A stretch of DNA of 64,000 nt, taken from Candidatus Eiseniibacteriota bacterium. GTDB lineage: Bacteria; Eisenbacteria; RBG-16-71-46; JABDJR01. The position numbers were made by a program, and so were the translations under genes. The stretch's first letter is position 1, and each line of letters starts with the position of its first letter. The stretch is taken from NCBI GenBank assembly GCA_963762255.1, contig CAVXKA010000001.1, positions 1,216,001-1,280,000 of the forward strand, read 5' to 3'. Shown here one piece after another: positions 28,359 to 38,324 of this stretch. The notes below the pieces were generated by a model, which saw nothing but the letters and a program-made list of their open reading frames with translations, was not told the origin of the DNA and made no database searches.

Positions 28359-29381
28359 CTATGCCGGCTGCAGCGCCGCCGAGACCCCCGAAGCCAGCTT
28401 CAGTGTGTGCAGCGCCCGCAGCGTGATCCAAGGACTGCTCGCGGGGTGCTTCTCGATCCGGATCGGCAGCCGAGTGCTGTAGTCGAAGTCGAGCTGCCAC
28501 CGCCCGCTCTTGAGCTGCCGGTCCAGGATGATGGCGAGGGCCGGCTCCATCTCCGGCCGGGAGCCATGGCCGAGGCGTGCGAGCGCCCACGCCACCTCCA
28601 GGAGATCGGTGTTCCAGAAGCGCGGGAAGCCGAAGTCCAACCACTCGGTCTTGGGGGCGGGCCCGCCGTCCGAGGCGCGTTTGTAGCAATGAAGGTGATA
28701 GGTGAGCAACGTCCTCGCCGTGCGCTCGGCAAACATGCGCAACGGGGGATCGCGCCGCTCCGGCGGTAGGGCCAGCACCGCCAGCAGCGGCTTCACCGAT
28801 CCCATATAGCAGTTGAACGGAAGCGTGGACGCGTTCGGTTGGAAGCGCTCGCATGGGTAGAGCCCGTTCGCCTGCTGGCGGCTCATCAGGAACCCGAGCG
28901 CGCGCTGAGTCCGTGTGTTCGGGGTGTATCCGAAGTGGATGAGCATCTCGACCACCGCTCCGGTGAGGCAGGCCCACTGGCCGTCCAGCACCCCGCCCTG
29001 CCGGGGGTTTCCATCGCGGCTGAACCCGCCCCCGGCGCGGCTCTGCGAGACCGAAAAGAGGAACTCGATTCCGCGACGGACCTCGTCGGTGGCCTCCGCG
29101 CCGAGTTGGGCGGCGAGGCAGAGCCGCCACGCGGTGCCGAAGTAATAGTCGGTGACGAACCGAGCGGGATCCTCCCACGAACCGTTCGGCGCCTGACCGG
29201 CCAGGAGTTCCTCAAGGCGCGGATGCCGCGCCGCCTCGTGCCGCGCCGCGCTGACGGCCGGATCGGATTCGGGACGGTCCAGGATCCAGGTAAGCGCTCG
29301 ATAGCGCACCATAGGATCCTCGTGTTGGACCAGCCAATCGGAGGGATCGGCCTTCATGCGTGCCAGCCAATTCATCGCCAC
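28359..29381 (-). CDS. Prenyltransferase/squalene-cyclase-like alpha/alpha repeat protein
   Basis: QW-like repeats (QAPNGSW, QQANG, QLKSGRW), FGFP.FW.TD.LE and S.WITLRAL. Confidence 0.75.
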   Translation of the reverse strand: MAMNWLARMKADPSDWLVQHEDPMVRYRALTWILDRPESDPAVSAARHEAARHPRLEELLAGQAPNGSWEDPARFVTDYYFGTAWRLCLAAQLGAEATDEVRRGIEFLFSVSQSRAGGGFSRDGNPRQGGVLDGQWACLTGAVVEMLIHFGYTPNTRTQRALGFLMSRQQANGLYPCERFQPNASTLPFNCYMGSVKPLLAVLALPPERRDPPLRMFAERTARTLLTYHLHCYKRASDGGPAPKTEWLDFGFPRFWNTDLLEVAWALARLGHGSRPEMEPALAIILDRQLKSGRWQLDFDYSTRLPIRIEKHPASSPWITLRALHTLKLASGVSAALQPA

Positions 29382-29419
29382 GGCAAATCCTCTCTCAAGG
29401 CGGAGCCACTCGCGCAGGG

Positions 29420-30415
29420 TCAGGCGGCGAAGAGGAGATCCTCGCCCTCGCGATAGCCGCGCCGCGACACTTCGGGCCGGATAAGTTCCCGGACTCCGGT
29501 GGAGCCGACCGCTACCACCACCGGAACACCGCCCGGCCGGGCGAGATCGGTCCAGGAGCGCACGCGCGCCCCCTCGACATCCCGGCCGATCTTGCGGGGA
29601 TCGACATCATAGAAACCGACCACGCGCACGCCGTGCCGACGCAGTTCTCGGGTCAGCCGGCGACCGGTCCTCCCCGCGCCCCAGATCGCCACGGTTCCCG
29701 CGGCCAGCATCGGGTGGCGCGCCAGAAAATAGGCGCGTGCAGACAAAAACGATTCATGGCTGTATTTCGGAGAAGCCAGCGAGTGGCGCCGATCGGTATG
29801 GCGCCAGGCCAGGAGGGTTGCCGGTACCTTTGCCAGCCCCCAGCCGGCGGCGCTGAGCCTCAACCACAGGTCGTAGTCCTCCGCCCACGCGGTCTCGCGA
29901 TAGCCTCCCACGCCTTCCACCGCTTCGGCGCGCAGCAGGACCGACGGATGCACGAGGGGGGACTCGATGAAGATCTCGCGACGGTGATCCTCCGGGCCAA
30001 GCAACGAGTTGAGCCAAGTCCCGTAGCGGCGCCAGCCGGCGCCCACGTCGGCTCGCGGGAAGAGCGCGACGCGCGAGCCCACCGCTGCCACCTCGGGGTG
30101 CTCGTCGAGATAGACGATCTGACGGCGAAACCGGTCCGGATGGCAGATGTCGTCCGCGTCCATGCGCGCAAGGTAGGGTGTGCGAGCGAGGCGACGCGCC
30201 GATTCGAGGGCGGCCACCAGGCCGTCCCCCCCGGGAAGAATGCTGAGACGCGACTCGCGCCGGGCGTGTGCGGCGAGGATCTCGCCGCTGCGATCGGTGG
30301 AGCCGTCGTCGACCGCGATGACCTCGAAGTCGGACCAAGTCTGGCGCCAGAGCGAGTCGAGGGCGCGGTCGAGCGTGGCCTCGGCATTGCGGACGGGAAA
30401 AAGCACCGTCGGCAT
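29420..30415 (-). CDS. Glycosyltransferase family 2
   Basis: VDDGSTD, ARMDADD, HPSV and EDYDLWLR; C-terminal IWGAG Rossmann-like part. Confidence 0.9.
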   Translation of the reverse strand: MPTVLFPVRNAEATLDRALDSLWRQTWSDFEVIAVDDGSTDRSGEILAAHARRESRLSILPGGDGLVAALESARRLARTPYLARMDADDICHPDRFRRQIVYLDEHPEVAAVGSRVALFPRADVGAGWRRYGTWLNSLLGPEDHRREIFIESPLVHPSVLLRAEAVEGVGGYRETAWAEDYDLWLRLSAAGWGLAKVPATLLAWRHTDRRHSLASPKYSHESFLSARAYFLARHPMLAAGTVAIWGAGRTGRRLTRELRRHGVRVVGFYDVDPRKIGRDVEGARVRSWTDLARPGGVPVVVAVGSTGVRELIRPEVSRRGYREGEDLLFAA

Positions 30416-30577
30416 GATTCGCCACTATAGCAGGAGGGCGGTTGGCGGGGGAGGGATTGCCGGATCGGAGGGGGGTGGATATTCTAATCACTTCCGGAGA
30501 AAACAGTTAGCCGCTCGGAGGGGGAAGCGTTGTCCGCGGCCGCCGCCGGCTTGGGAAAGCACTCGAGGAGGACGTCC

Positions 30578-31033
30578 ATGTTGCTCAAGGAAGGGGCGAA
30601 AGCCCCCGCGTTTTCGCTGACGGATCAAGACGGCCGCAAAATTGCCCTCAAGGATTTCGCCGGCAAGAAGGTGGTGCTCTACTTCTATCCCAAGGACATG
30701 ACCCCCGGCTGCACGCGCGAGGCGCAGGGGTTTCAGCAGAGCCTCGCCGCGATCAAACGCAAGGGTGCGGTGGTGATCGGTGTGAGCAAGGACAGCGAGG
30801 CGTCGCACAAGAAGTTCTGCGAGAAGCACGGGCTGCAGTTCCCCTTGCTCGCCGACGTGGAGGGTGTGGTGGTGGAGAAGTACGGCGTGTGGCAGGAGAA
30901 GAACATGTACGGGAAGAAATCGATGGGGATCGTGCGTACGACCTACGTCATCGACGAAGCGGGAAAGGTCGCCAAGGTCTTCGCACGGGTAAAGGTGGAT
31001 GGGCACCTGGAACAGGTGCTGGAGGTGCTATGA
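30578..31033 (+). CDS. bcp: Thioredoxin-dependent thiol peroxidase (BCP/PrxQ)
   Basis: LYFYPKDMTPGCTREA motif; RBS GAGGAG. Confidence 0.93.
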   Translation: MLLKEGAKAPAFSLTDQDGRKIALKDFAGKKVVLYFYPKDMTPGCTREAQGFQQSLAAIKRKGAVVIGVSKDSEASHKKFCEKHGLQFPLLADVEGVVVEKYGVWQEKNMYGKKSMGIVRTTYVIDEAGKVAKVFARVKVDGHLEQVLEVL

Positions 31034-31461
31034 ACGGACCGGGATCGGACCCGCGGGGGCTCGGCGGCGGCCCGGCCGGACGCGGGCCGGAGACCGCCGG
31101 ATCGGCGAACCCGAGAATCATCTGGTTTGCCTTCGTGGCCGCGATCTTCATCTACATGATCGTGGCCTACCTCATCACGAAGGGAGAACGGGTCTCCGGG
31201 ACGCTGCCTCTCTGGATTCCGCCCGCGGTCGGCGGCGTCTTCGCGCTGGAGGCGCTGTTCGTGCTCCCCATCCTGCGCAGACGAAGTGCCGCCACCGCCA
31301 GTCCGCTCACCACGTATATCATGCAGTGGGCTGCGGATGAAGCCGTGGCCGTCGCGGGCTTCGTGTCGGTCTTCGCGGGCGGCCCGCCCGGGGCGATGCT
31401 CTATTACTCCCTGGTCTCCCTCGCCCTGCTCGTACTGCATCGGCCTCAAGAGGAGAGCTGA
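31030..31461 (+). CDS. Hypothetical 4-TM membrane protein
   Basis: ATGA overlap with bcp; hydrophobic helices and WA..E motif. Confidence 0.65.
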   Translation: MNGPGSDPRGLGGGPAGRGPETAGSANPRIIWFAFVAAIFIYMIVAYLITKGERVSGTLPLWIPPAVGGVFALEALFVLPILRRRSAATASPLTTYIMQWAADEAVAVAGFVSVFAGGPPGAMLYYSLVSLALLVLHRPQEES

Positions 31462-31467
31462 CGGGGT

Positions 31468-31818
31468 TCAGGGCTCGGCGTCGCGGCGGGAAAGGCCGTA
31501 GCGGCGCCGAAGCCGCGCGCCGCGGAATACGAGCGCCGAGGCGATAGTGAAGAGCGCCACCGTGCCGAGGATGACCGCCAGGCGCGCCCATGGCTCTCCC
31601 ATCGCGCGGCGTTGTGCGGTGAAGTCAAGCAGCGTGCGCACCCACTCGGCCGCCCCCAGCACGAGCCCGACCTGCACCGCGCGTGCCGCCCAGGCCCGCG
31701 GCACGAACAGCAGCGCAAGTCCGCCCAGGCAAAGCGCAAGACCGATGAGGTTTCCCGCGCGGAAGAAATGCGCGGCGAGCACCAGGGCGCTCAGGATCAC
31801 CGGGAGCAGACCCAACAT
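31468..31818 (-). CDS. Hypothetical membrane protein
   Basis: LAAHF.R and G.PW.RLA.ILG motifs, 4 TM helices. Confidence 0.7.
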   Translation of the reverse strand: MLGLLPVILSALVLAAHFFRAGNLIGLALCLGGLALLFVPRAWAARAVQVGLVLGAAEWVRTLLDFTAQRRAMGEPWARLAVILGTVALFTIASALVFRGARLRRRYGLSRRDAEP

Positions 31819-31901
31819 CGCCACTGTTCCCTCCCCGGATGGACGGCGTCCCGCGTTGAAGGGGTTCCACGGCTTCGCAGGGCTCGTCGATTGGCCGCGA
31901 G

Positions 31902-32306
31902 CTAGGACTCTCGCTCCCGCACGAACAGACCGATCCTCCTGTCGTCATCCACGACGTGGTCCACCACCCAGCGGAACACGAAGCGTTTGAAGGCATTGAG
32001 ATCCGTCTTGCCCGATTCAAACTCGCGGCGGTGAGCGGCCAGGATCCGGGTCAGCAGTTTGTGCTCGATGCGGTGGGTCGGCAAGTCCGGGTAGCCGATC
32101 CGAGCCATGAAGGCCTCTTCATCCGCGAAGTGCCGGGAGGCATAGTTCAACACCTCGTCGAGCGCCTCTTCGTTCCCGGCCCCGTCATTCGAGTCCATGG
32201 TCGCGACCAACTCGATCAGCTTCCTGTGCTGCGAGTCGATCTCGTCGACCCCGATGGAGAAGACAGCCTGCCAGGTGATGCGTTGACGATCCACGGTCCA
32301 GAACAC
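31902..32306 (-). CDS. Single-domain bacteriohemerythrin
   Basis: W..FSIGV.EID.QH, HF..EE, H...H and H....D di-iron ligands. Confidence 0.9.
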   Translation of the reverse strand: MFWTVDRQRITWQAVFSIGVDEIDSQHRKLIELVATMDSNDGAGNEEALDEVLNYASRHFADEEAFMARIGYPDLPTHRIEHKLLTRILAAHRREFESGKTDLNAFKRFVFRWVVDHVVDDDRRIGLFVRERES

Positions 32307-32514
32307 CCCTTTCTTGGTTCCACGGACGCGGCCAGGGGGGGATTCTAGACTATTTTAGTCCGATTTGGGGCCGGGACTTAATTGGGGGTGGCCGGGCGTG
32401 ACGCATCTGTCCCGCCGGCCGCCCCCCCCTCGTCGGTTGACACGCGCGCGGCTAGAATGACGCCCGGACAAGCGAATCTAGGCACCACCGTCTCGTTCAC
32501 AGGAGGTCGCCGAG

Positions 32515-34095
32515 ATGACAGAGCGCGAACCCCAGGACGACGCGGCGCAACCACCGGCTCGGGGCGTCGAGGGTCCCGGGAAGCCCGGGAGCGCGCGTCA
32601 GCTCCGTGAGTCCGATCTCCGCGTGATCCTCGAATCGACCACCGATGGAATCCTGGCCGTCGACGATCGGGGGACCACGATCACCATGAATCGGACGTTC
32701 GCCGAGATGTGGCGGATTCCACAGCTCATCCTCGACACCGCGGACGACGACGCTATGCTCGGATTCGTCCTCGATCAACTGGTCGATCCAGATGCGTTCC
32801 TCAACAAGGTCAAGGCGCTCTACGGCACGACCTCGCTGGACATGGATACTCTGTTCTTCAAGGATGGGCGCGTCTTCGATCGGTACTCCGCGCCTCTGCT
32901 CCAGGATGGCGCCGCCGTCGGCCGTGTGTGGTCCTTCCGGGACGTCACCGAACGCCGCCTGCTGGAGGCGGAACGGTTCAAGACCCAGAGGCTCGAAGCC
33001 ATCGGCGTGCTGGCGGGGGGGATCGCCCACGACTTCAATAACCTCCTGCAGGGTGTGTTCGGCTACATCTCGATGGCCAGGCGACGGATAGCGCCTGAGG
33101 ATCCCGCTCACGAGCTGCTCGGGGAGGCTGAGAAGGCCCTGGAGAAGTCGGTCAGTCTCACCGCCCAGCTTCTCACCTTCTCCAAGGGCGGGAAGCCGGT
33201 TCGAAAGCGGATGGCTCTGCGGGCGGTGATCGAGGACTCGGCGAGGTTGGCCCTGAGCGGTTCGCGCTGCGATCACCGGTTGACCGTAGCCGCCGATCTC
33301 TGGCCGGTGGATGCCGACGAGGGGCAACTCGCGCAGGTGATCCAGAACATCGTGCTCAACGCGAGCGAAGCCATGCCCGAGGGCGGAACCGTGGAGGTGT
33401 CCGCCGACAACGTGGAGCTGTCCTGGAGGAGTCATCCGCTGCTGCCGGAAGGTGGGCGATTCGTCCGGATCGCGATCCGGGATACCGGCTCCGGCATGTC
33501 GGAGCGCGACCTGACCCGCGCCTTCGACCCGTACTTCACGACCAAGCAGCATGGGAGCGGCCTCGGTTTGGCGACCTCCTATTCGATCATCAGGAACCAC
33601 GGGGGGACGATCGAGGCGGCATCCCGAGAGGGCGTCGGCAGCACCTTCACGATCCACCTCCACGCGAGCGACCTGCCGGTGGTTCCACCCTCTCCACGGA
33701 AAGAGCCGTCTCCGCTCAGGAGAGCCAAGATTCTGGTCATGGACGATGAGCCCGCCATCCGCGACGTGGTGGGGGACATGCTGACCGTCCTCGGGCACGA
33801 CGCGGAGTTTGCCGAAGACGGAGCGGAGGCGATCGAGCTGTATCGCCTCGCCAATGAGCGAGGCGCCCCCTTCGACTTGGTCATCCTGGACTTGACGATT
33901 CGCCGCGGTATGGGTGGCCGCCAGACGATAGCGAAGCTGAAGGAGATGGATCCCGGCGTCGTCGCGGTGGTGTCCAGCGGATACTGCGACGATGCGGTCG
34001 TCGCGGAGTACGCGGCATACGGTTTCCGCAGCTTCCTTCCCAAGCCCTTCGATCTGCAGGAGCTCCGATCGCTTCTGGGAACCGTGCTAGAGTGA
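32515..34095 (+). CDS. Cytoplasmic PAS-containing hybrid histidine kinase/receiver
   Basis: PAS domain; AHDFNNLL H-box; N, G1, F and G2 boxes; receiver MDDE...D...KP. Confidence 0.92.
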   Translation: MTEREPQDDAAQPPARGVEGPGKPGSARQLRESDLRVILESTTDGILAVDDRGTTITMNRTFAEMWRIPQLILDTADDDAMLGFVLDQLVDPDAFLNKVKALYGTTSLDMDTLFFKDGRVFDRYSAPLLQDGAAVGRVWSFRDVTERRLLEAERFKTQRLEAIGVLAGGIAHDFNNLLQGVFGYISMARRRIAPEDPAHELLGEAEKALEKSVSLTAQLLTFSKGGKPVRKRMALRAVIEDSARLALSGSRCDHRLTVAADLWPVDADEGQLAQVIQNIVLNASEAMPEGGTVEVSADNVELSWRSHPLLPEGGRFVRIAIRDTGSGMSERDLTRAFDPYFTTKQHGSGLGLATSYSIIRNHGGTIEAASREGVGSTFTIHLHASDLPVVPPSPRKEPSPLRRAKILVMDDEPAIRDVVGDMLTVLGHDAEFAEDGAEAIELYRLANERGAPFDLVILDLTIRRGMGGRQTIAKLKEMDPGVVAVVSSGYCDDAVVAEYAAYGFRSFLPKPFDLQELRSLLGTVLE

Positions 34096-34161
34096 TCGAA
34101 GAGTCCATGCGTGCGTTCCCGCGGCGCATATTCCAGCCGCTGGAATCGCAAAGGAGGAATC

Positions 34162-34863
34162 ATGCCGCAGGCAAAGGACGGCTGCGTCAAAGCCGCGCGC
34201 GGACCGATAGTCGCTGAATCGGGTGCGCGCGATGCGACAGAAGCCGCATCATTCCGGGAGGTGACCATGATACGAGCACAGGTCGGCCGGGAAGCCCCCG
34301 ACTTCGAGGCGAACGCCTTCGTGGGCAAGGAGGGGTTCAAGCCGATCAAACTATCCGATCTCAGGGGCAGGTGGATCGTTCTCTGCTTCTACCCCGGCGA
34401 CTTCACCTTTGTGTGACCCACCGAACTGGCCGCGGTCGCGGCCCGTTACGGTGAGCTGAAGAAGCTCGGCGTCGAGGTGCTTGCCGCCAGCACGGACAGC
34501 CGTTTCGTGCACAAGATCTGGCAGGAGGAGGAACTCTCCAAGATGCTGGACGGCGGTGTGCCGTTCCCGATGCTCTCGGACGCGGGAGGCAAGATCGGTG
34601 ACCTCTATGGTGTGTACGATTCCATGGCTGGTGTGGACATCCGAGGACGGTTCATCATCGATCCGGACTTCGTCATTCGGGCCATGGAGGTTCTCACTCC
34701 GGAAGTGGGGAGGAACCCCGAGGAGTTGATCAGACAGGTGAACGCCTTTCAGCATGTCAGGGCCACCGGAGAGGTAACCCCTTCCGGTTGGCAACCGGGT
34801 CAGCCCACGCTGACGCCCGGTCCGGAGCTGGCGGGCAAAGTCTGGAAGGTGTGGAAGCCCTGA
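34162..34863 (+). CDS. prxU: Selenocysteine-containing AhpC-type peroxiredoxin (TGA 34414-34416 read as Sec)
   Basis: [15 protein letters not shown] places the stop at the peroxidatic Cys position; same frame on both sides; SECIS hairpin follows. Alternative start at 34267. Confidence 0.9.
34419..34453 (+). promoter_or_regulatory. Bacterial SECIS-like hairpin
   Basis: CACCG-AAC-t-GGCCGC-GGTC-GCGGCC-c-GTT-a-CGGTG directly 3' of the UGA, with a G-initiated apical loop. Confidence 0.8.
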
Positions 34864-34964
34864 TCGTAGGAGGCTGTTCGCACCGATGACGGCAGGCCGG
34901 GCCGGACCACAATGTCCGGCCCGGTCCTGCATCGTTCGCGAGCGGCTGCGATATACTCCCGCGA

Positions 34965-35969
34965 ATGTCCTGGACTCCCGGTCTCGCGCAGGCCCCGCGG
35001 AAGATTCTGCTCATCCAGCTCCGGCGCATCGGGGACGCGGTCCTGGTAACCCCGGCGCTCGATGCGCTGCAAGAGGCGTGGCCCGAGGCCGAATTGCATC
35101 TCCTCACCGCGCCGCCGGTGGAGCAGCTTTTCGAGGGCGACTCGCGTTTGGAGCGCGTCTGGGTGCGGCCTTCGCGCCTGCGTCTTCCCGCGCTGGCCAT
35201 GGCGCTGCGCGGCGCGCAGTTCGATCTCGCCTTCGACTTTCAATCCGCCCCGCTGACCGCCCTTCTGGCTCTTGCCACCGGCGCCTTCACCGTGGGGTTT
35301 CGTAGGCGGTGGCGGCACTATCACCGAGCCGTGGAATTGCAGCTGCATCAGGGGTCTCAGTACGCCGCGGACCACAAGCTCGATCTTCTGCGCGCACTGG
35401 GTCTCAAGCCGCTCTCTCTGTTGCCTCGACTCGCGCACCGCGCGAAAGACATGACTCCCTGGAGCGATCTGCCTTCGGGACCCAAGGTTGCGCTGATTCC
35501 GGTGAGTCCATGGGCGCACAAGCGCTGGTCGGCGGAGGCGTTCGCCGAGACTGCGCGGCTCCTCCACGAGCAGACCGGCGCCGTGTTCGTCGTGGCGGGG
35601 GGGCCGGGGGAGGAGACCGCTCTGCGCGAGGTCGCGGATCGCCTCACCGACGTGCCGCACCGCGTGCGCGCGTTCGGACCGCTGCGCGATCTTGCCGCCT
35701 TCCTGGCCGGAGCGGATCTTTACCTGGGTAACGACAACGGTCCCCGACATATCGCGCTTGCCCAGGGCGTGCCCACTATCGCGCGATTCAGCCGCGACAA
35801 CCCCACGCACTGGACGCCGCCGTCCGATCCGCGGCATCCCGTGATCTGGGACGCGTCCCACGTGCGGGGGCGCGCGGTGCGGGGGGATCTCATCATTCTT
35901 CCCGAGGATCCGATCGCCGTCGCGCGGGCCGCCGCGGATCTATTGCGCCTCACCAAGGAACACGCATGA
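34965..35969 (+). CDS. Glycosyltransferase family 9 (heptosyltransferase-like)
   Basis: KILLIQLRRIGDAVL, KRW and GNDNGPRHIA. Confidence 0.9.
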   Translation: MSWTPGLAQAPRKILLIQLRRIGDAVLVTPALDALQEAWPEAELHLLTAPPVEQLFEGDSRLERVWVRPSRLRLPALAMALRGAQFDLAFDFQSAPLTALLALATGAFTVGFRRRWRHYHRAVELQLHQGSQYAADHKLDLLRALGLKPLSLLPRLAHRAKDMTPWSDLPSGPKVALIPVSPWAHKRWSAEAFAETARLLHEQTGAVFVVAGGPGEETALREVADRLTDVPHRVRAFGPLRDLAAFLAGADLYLGNDNGPRHIALAQGVPTIARFSRDNPTHWTPPSDPRHPVIWDASHVRGRAVRGDLIILPEDPIAVARAAADLLRLTKEHA

Positions 35970-36727
35970 AGACGATCATCATCGCCGCCGGTCAGGGGTC
36001 GCGCCTCTGGGAGACCACGGATCGCGTTCCCAAGACGCTGCTTCCGCTCGGCAATGGCACCGTCCTTTCGAGGATCGTGACCAATTTTGCAGCGGTGGGG
36101 GTGAACGAGTTCGTGGTGGTCGTGGGCTTCCGCAGCGAGTTCATCGTCGAGTACATCGAGCGGAACAGTCACTTCGGCAAGCGGTTCACGATCGTGGAGA
36201 ATCGGGAGTGGGAGCGAGGGAACGGGATCTCGGTGCTGCGCGCGCAGGCGGCGCTCGCCCCCGGCGAGACCGCGCTGCTCTCCATGTCGGATCATCTGGT
36301 GAGTTCAGTTGCGCTGGCGCGGATCAAAGACGCCCCCGGCGATCGGAACCTGCTCTTGACCGACGACCGCATCGCGGAGGTCTTCGACCTTGACGACGCC
36401 ACCAAAGTGAAGGCCGAGAACGGCACGATCGTCGACATCGGGAAGGAGCTGGCCGACTACAACGCGCTCGACTGCGGGATCTTCCGGATCAACGCGCGCT
36501 TCTTCGCCGCGCTACGCGAGCAGATCGCGCAGGGGCGCGAGAGCATCTCGGACGCGGTGCAGGTGCTGGTGCGAAGCCGCGACATGGGAATCGTCGAGTT
36601 CCCCGCCGACGCGTGCTGGATCGACGTGGACACCCCTGAGGCTTACCGGCATGTTCTGGAGCACCTCGATATCTTCGACGCTCCCGCCGCTGTTTCGTCG
36701 CGGCCGCCCGTCGCGAAGCCCCGATGA
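35966..36727 (+). CDS. Sugar/alcohol-phosphate nucleotidyltransferase (LicC/IPCT-like)
   Basis: IIAAGQGSRL...PKTL, GNGIS, MSDH, DCGIF and WIDVDTPE. Confidence 0.85.
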   Translation: MKTIIIAAGQGSRLWETTDRVPKTLLPLGNGTVLSRIVTNFAAVGVNEFVVVVGFRSEFIVEYIERNSHFGKRFTIVENREWERGNGISVLRAQAALAPGETALLSMSDHLVSSVALARIKDAPGDRNLLLTDDRIAEVFDLDDATKVKAENGTIVDIGKELADYNALDCGIFRINARFFAALREQIAQGRESISDAVQVLVRSRDMGIVEFPADACWIDVDTPEAYRHVLEHLDIFDAPAAVSSRPPVAKPR

Positions 36728-37002
36728 CCCGCATCAAGCCTCTGATCAAGATCGGTTTCCTCTACCACAAGGCGGCGTTCGATCCGCTCATCGACCTCTT
36801 TCTGGCCGATGATCGCTACGACGGCTACTTCGCGCTCGATGAAGAGCGCGTGCGGCGATTCGGTATTACTCTATCGCCATCTCGCGAAGAACATGGATAC
36901 CCGCTACGAGATCTTCGTGGGGGGGCAGTACCGAGTGGACCGCATCCGCGAGTCGGGCGCGCTGGGGAAGAGCGAGATCCACCTCGCAGGGCTCCCCAAA
37001 CT
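36724..37002 (+). pseudogene. Truncated 5' copy (A) of the TagB/TagF-like gene with an internal deletion
   Basis: Matches 44970-45424; the 180 bp equivalent to 45111-45290 is replaced by ATTA, causing a frameshift; ATGA overlap with the upstream gene. Confidence 0.88.
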
Positions 37003-37148
37003 GGCCAGTGGAGACGTGAGAACGGCGATCCGGTTGTCAGCGGGCAGAGACTGACCCTATACTCGGGAACGGATCGAAGGACTACTGAGGGGCCGTAGGG
37101 CGCCGGGATGCCGTTTGTTCTTCTTATCCCCCGCGCAAGGAGAGTGTC

Positions 37149-38324
37149 ATGAGGCATTGGCTCCGAATCCATTCATTGCTGATCCCATTACTCGTGTTCT
37201 CCATGACTGTTGACTGGAGTTCCGGTCGTGCCGAAGCGGGTCAACCTTCTTGCAAGTACAAGTGGAAGGTAGCGCTGATGCGGACGCCTCAGCCGCATCT
37301 AAACGCTCGTCGGGCGTTTGCCGCTGCGTACTACCGCGTGCAGCAGGAAGATCGAAACGCTAGATTGAAATTGGCTATATCTGGGAACAGCTTGCTCATG
37401 GGAAGCTCAAACGGCGAAGTTAGATCCATCAAGACAACGGAGTGGATCTTCTATTTCACGAAAAGCGACGGCGCGACGATGGAAGCGCGCGTGAACTTGG
37501 ACGGCATTGTCCGTACCACGGCATCCAAACGGGATTTCGCGAAGGAACCCGACATCCCAACAACATGGATATCCGATGTTGACGCCGAATCGTGCCTCAG
37601 TTTGTTTAGTCAAAGCCTTGGCGAACAAAGGCTTGTCGTGGGCGACTCGTCGCTGCCCGTCCCGGTTCTTCAATGGCAGAAATTGGGCGGCAACCAGACG
37701 CTCTACTGGTTACTGCCGTATATGGTCAAACGTAAGAGTTACGGCGTTGATGCAATGATGGGGGATGTCCTCGAATTAGGGTCTGGTCAGGTCGTCTGGG
37801 CATCACCGCGACCGCATTACCAGCCTCAACTCCGTGCTTGGCAAGAACCTAGCCGTCTTATAACAGACTACGCCGGAATTGAACGCGACCTCACTACGCT
37901 TGCTCGGGACTCGAGTATTAAGGCGAAAGCGATTCGTGGGTTAATTAGCTGTATTCTCGGGCGTCTTCTAGAGGGCGAAGAGATCTTGGAGGACGTGGCC
38001 GTTGATCGACCAACGAACGCGGACGTGCGGAGTATTCTAGCTGAGATTTCCTTCTACCGTATGGCGTACGATCAGGCGATCCGGCAATACAATGGGGTGG
38101 TCGCGATAGATCCATCCCCTAAATATTTCGAGACACGAGGGAACGTTCTTGCGATGAGCGGAGTCATCGACGAGGCGGTATGCTCTTTCGAACGCACGCG
38201 CGCCGTGAATCTGGACGTGGATGACGATATCGCGTTCGCACGAGGCGACGGAAGTTTCATGTCGTTTCGAGACATCACATTGTCTTACAACGGCGTTACA
38301 TACGTCTGGCACCACGAGTACTAA
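37149..38324 (+). CDS. Secreted protein with PepSY-like domain(s) and C-terminal TPR-like helices
   Basis: Signal peptide; WIFYF and YWLLPY..VDAMMGDVL motifs; TPR-like YDQAIRQYNGVVAIDP. Confidence 0.7.
   Translation: MRHWLRIHSLLIPLLVFSMTVDWSSGRAEAGQPSCKYKWKVALMRTPQPHLNARRAFAAAYYRVQQEDRNARLKLAISGNSLLMGSSNGEVRSIKTTEWIFYFTKSDGATMEARVNLDGIVRTTASKRDFAKEPDIPTTWISDVDAESCLSLFSQSLGEQRLVVGDSSLPVPVLQWQKLGGNQTLYWLLPYMVKRKSYGVDAMMGDVLELGSGQVVWASPRPHYQPQLRAWQEPSRLITDYAGIERDLTTLARDSSIKAKAIRGLISCILGRLLEGEEILEDVAVDRPTNADVRSILAEISFYRMAYDQAIRQYNGVVAIDPSPKYFETRGNVLAMSGVIDEAVCSFERTRAVNLDVDDDIAFARGDGSFMSFRDITLSYNGVTYVWHHEY

Noticed and set aside
32437-32458. TTGACA and TAGAAT upstream of the PAS kinase
   Set aside because: Spacer is only 10 bp, so they cannot form one sigma70 promoter.
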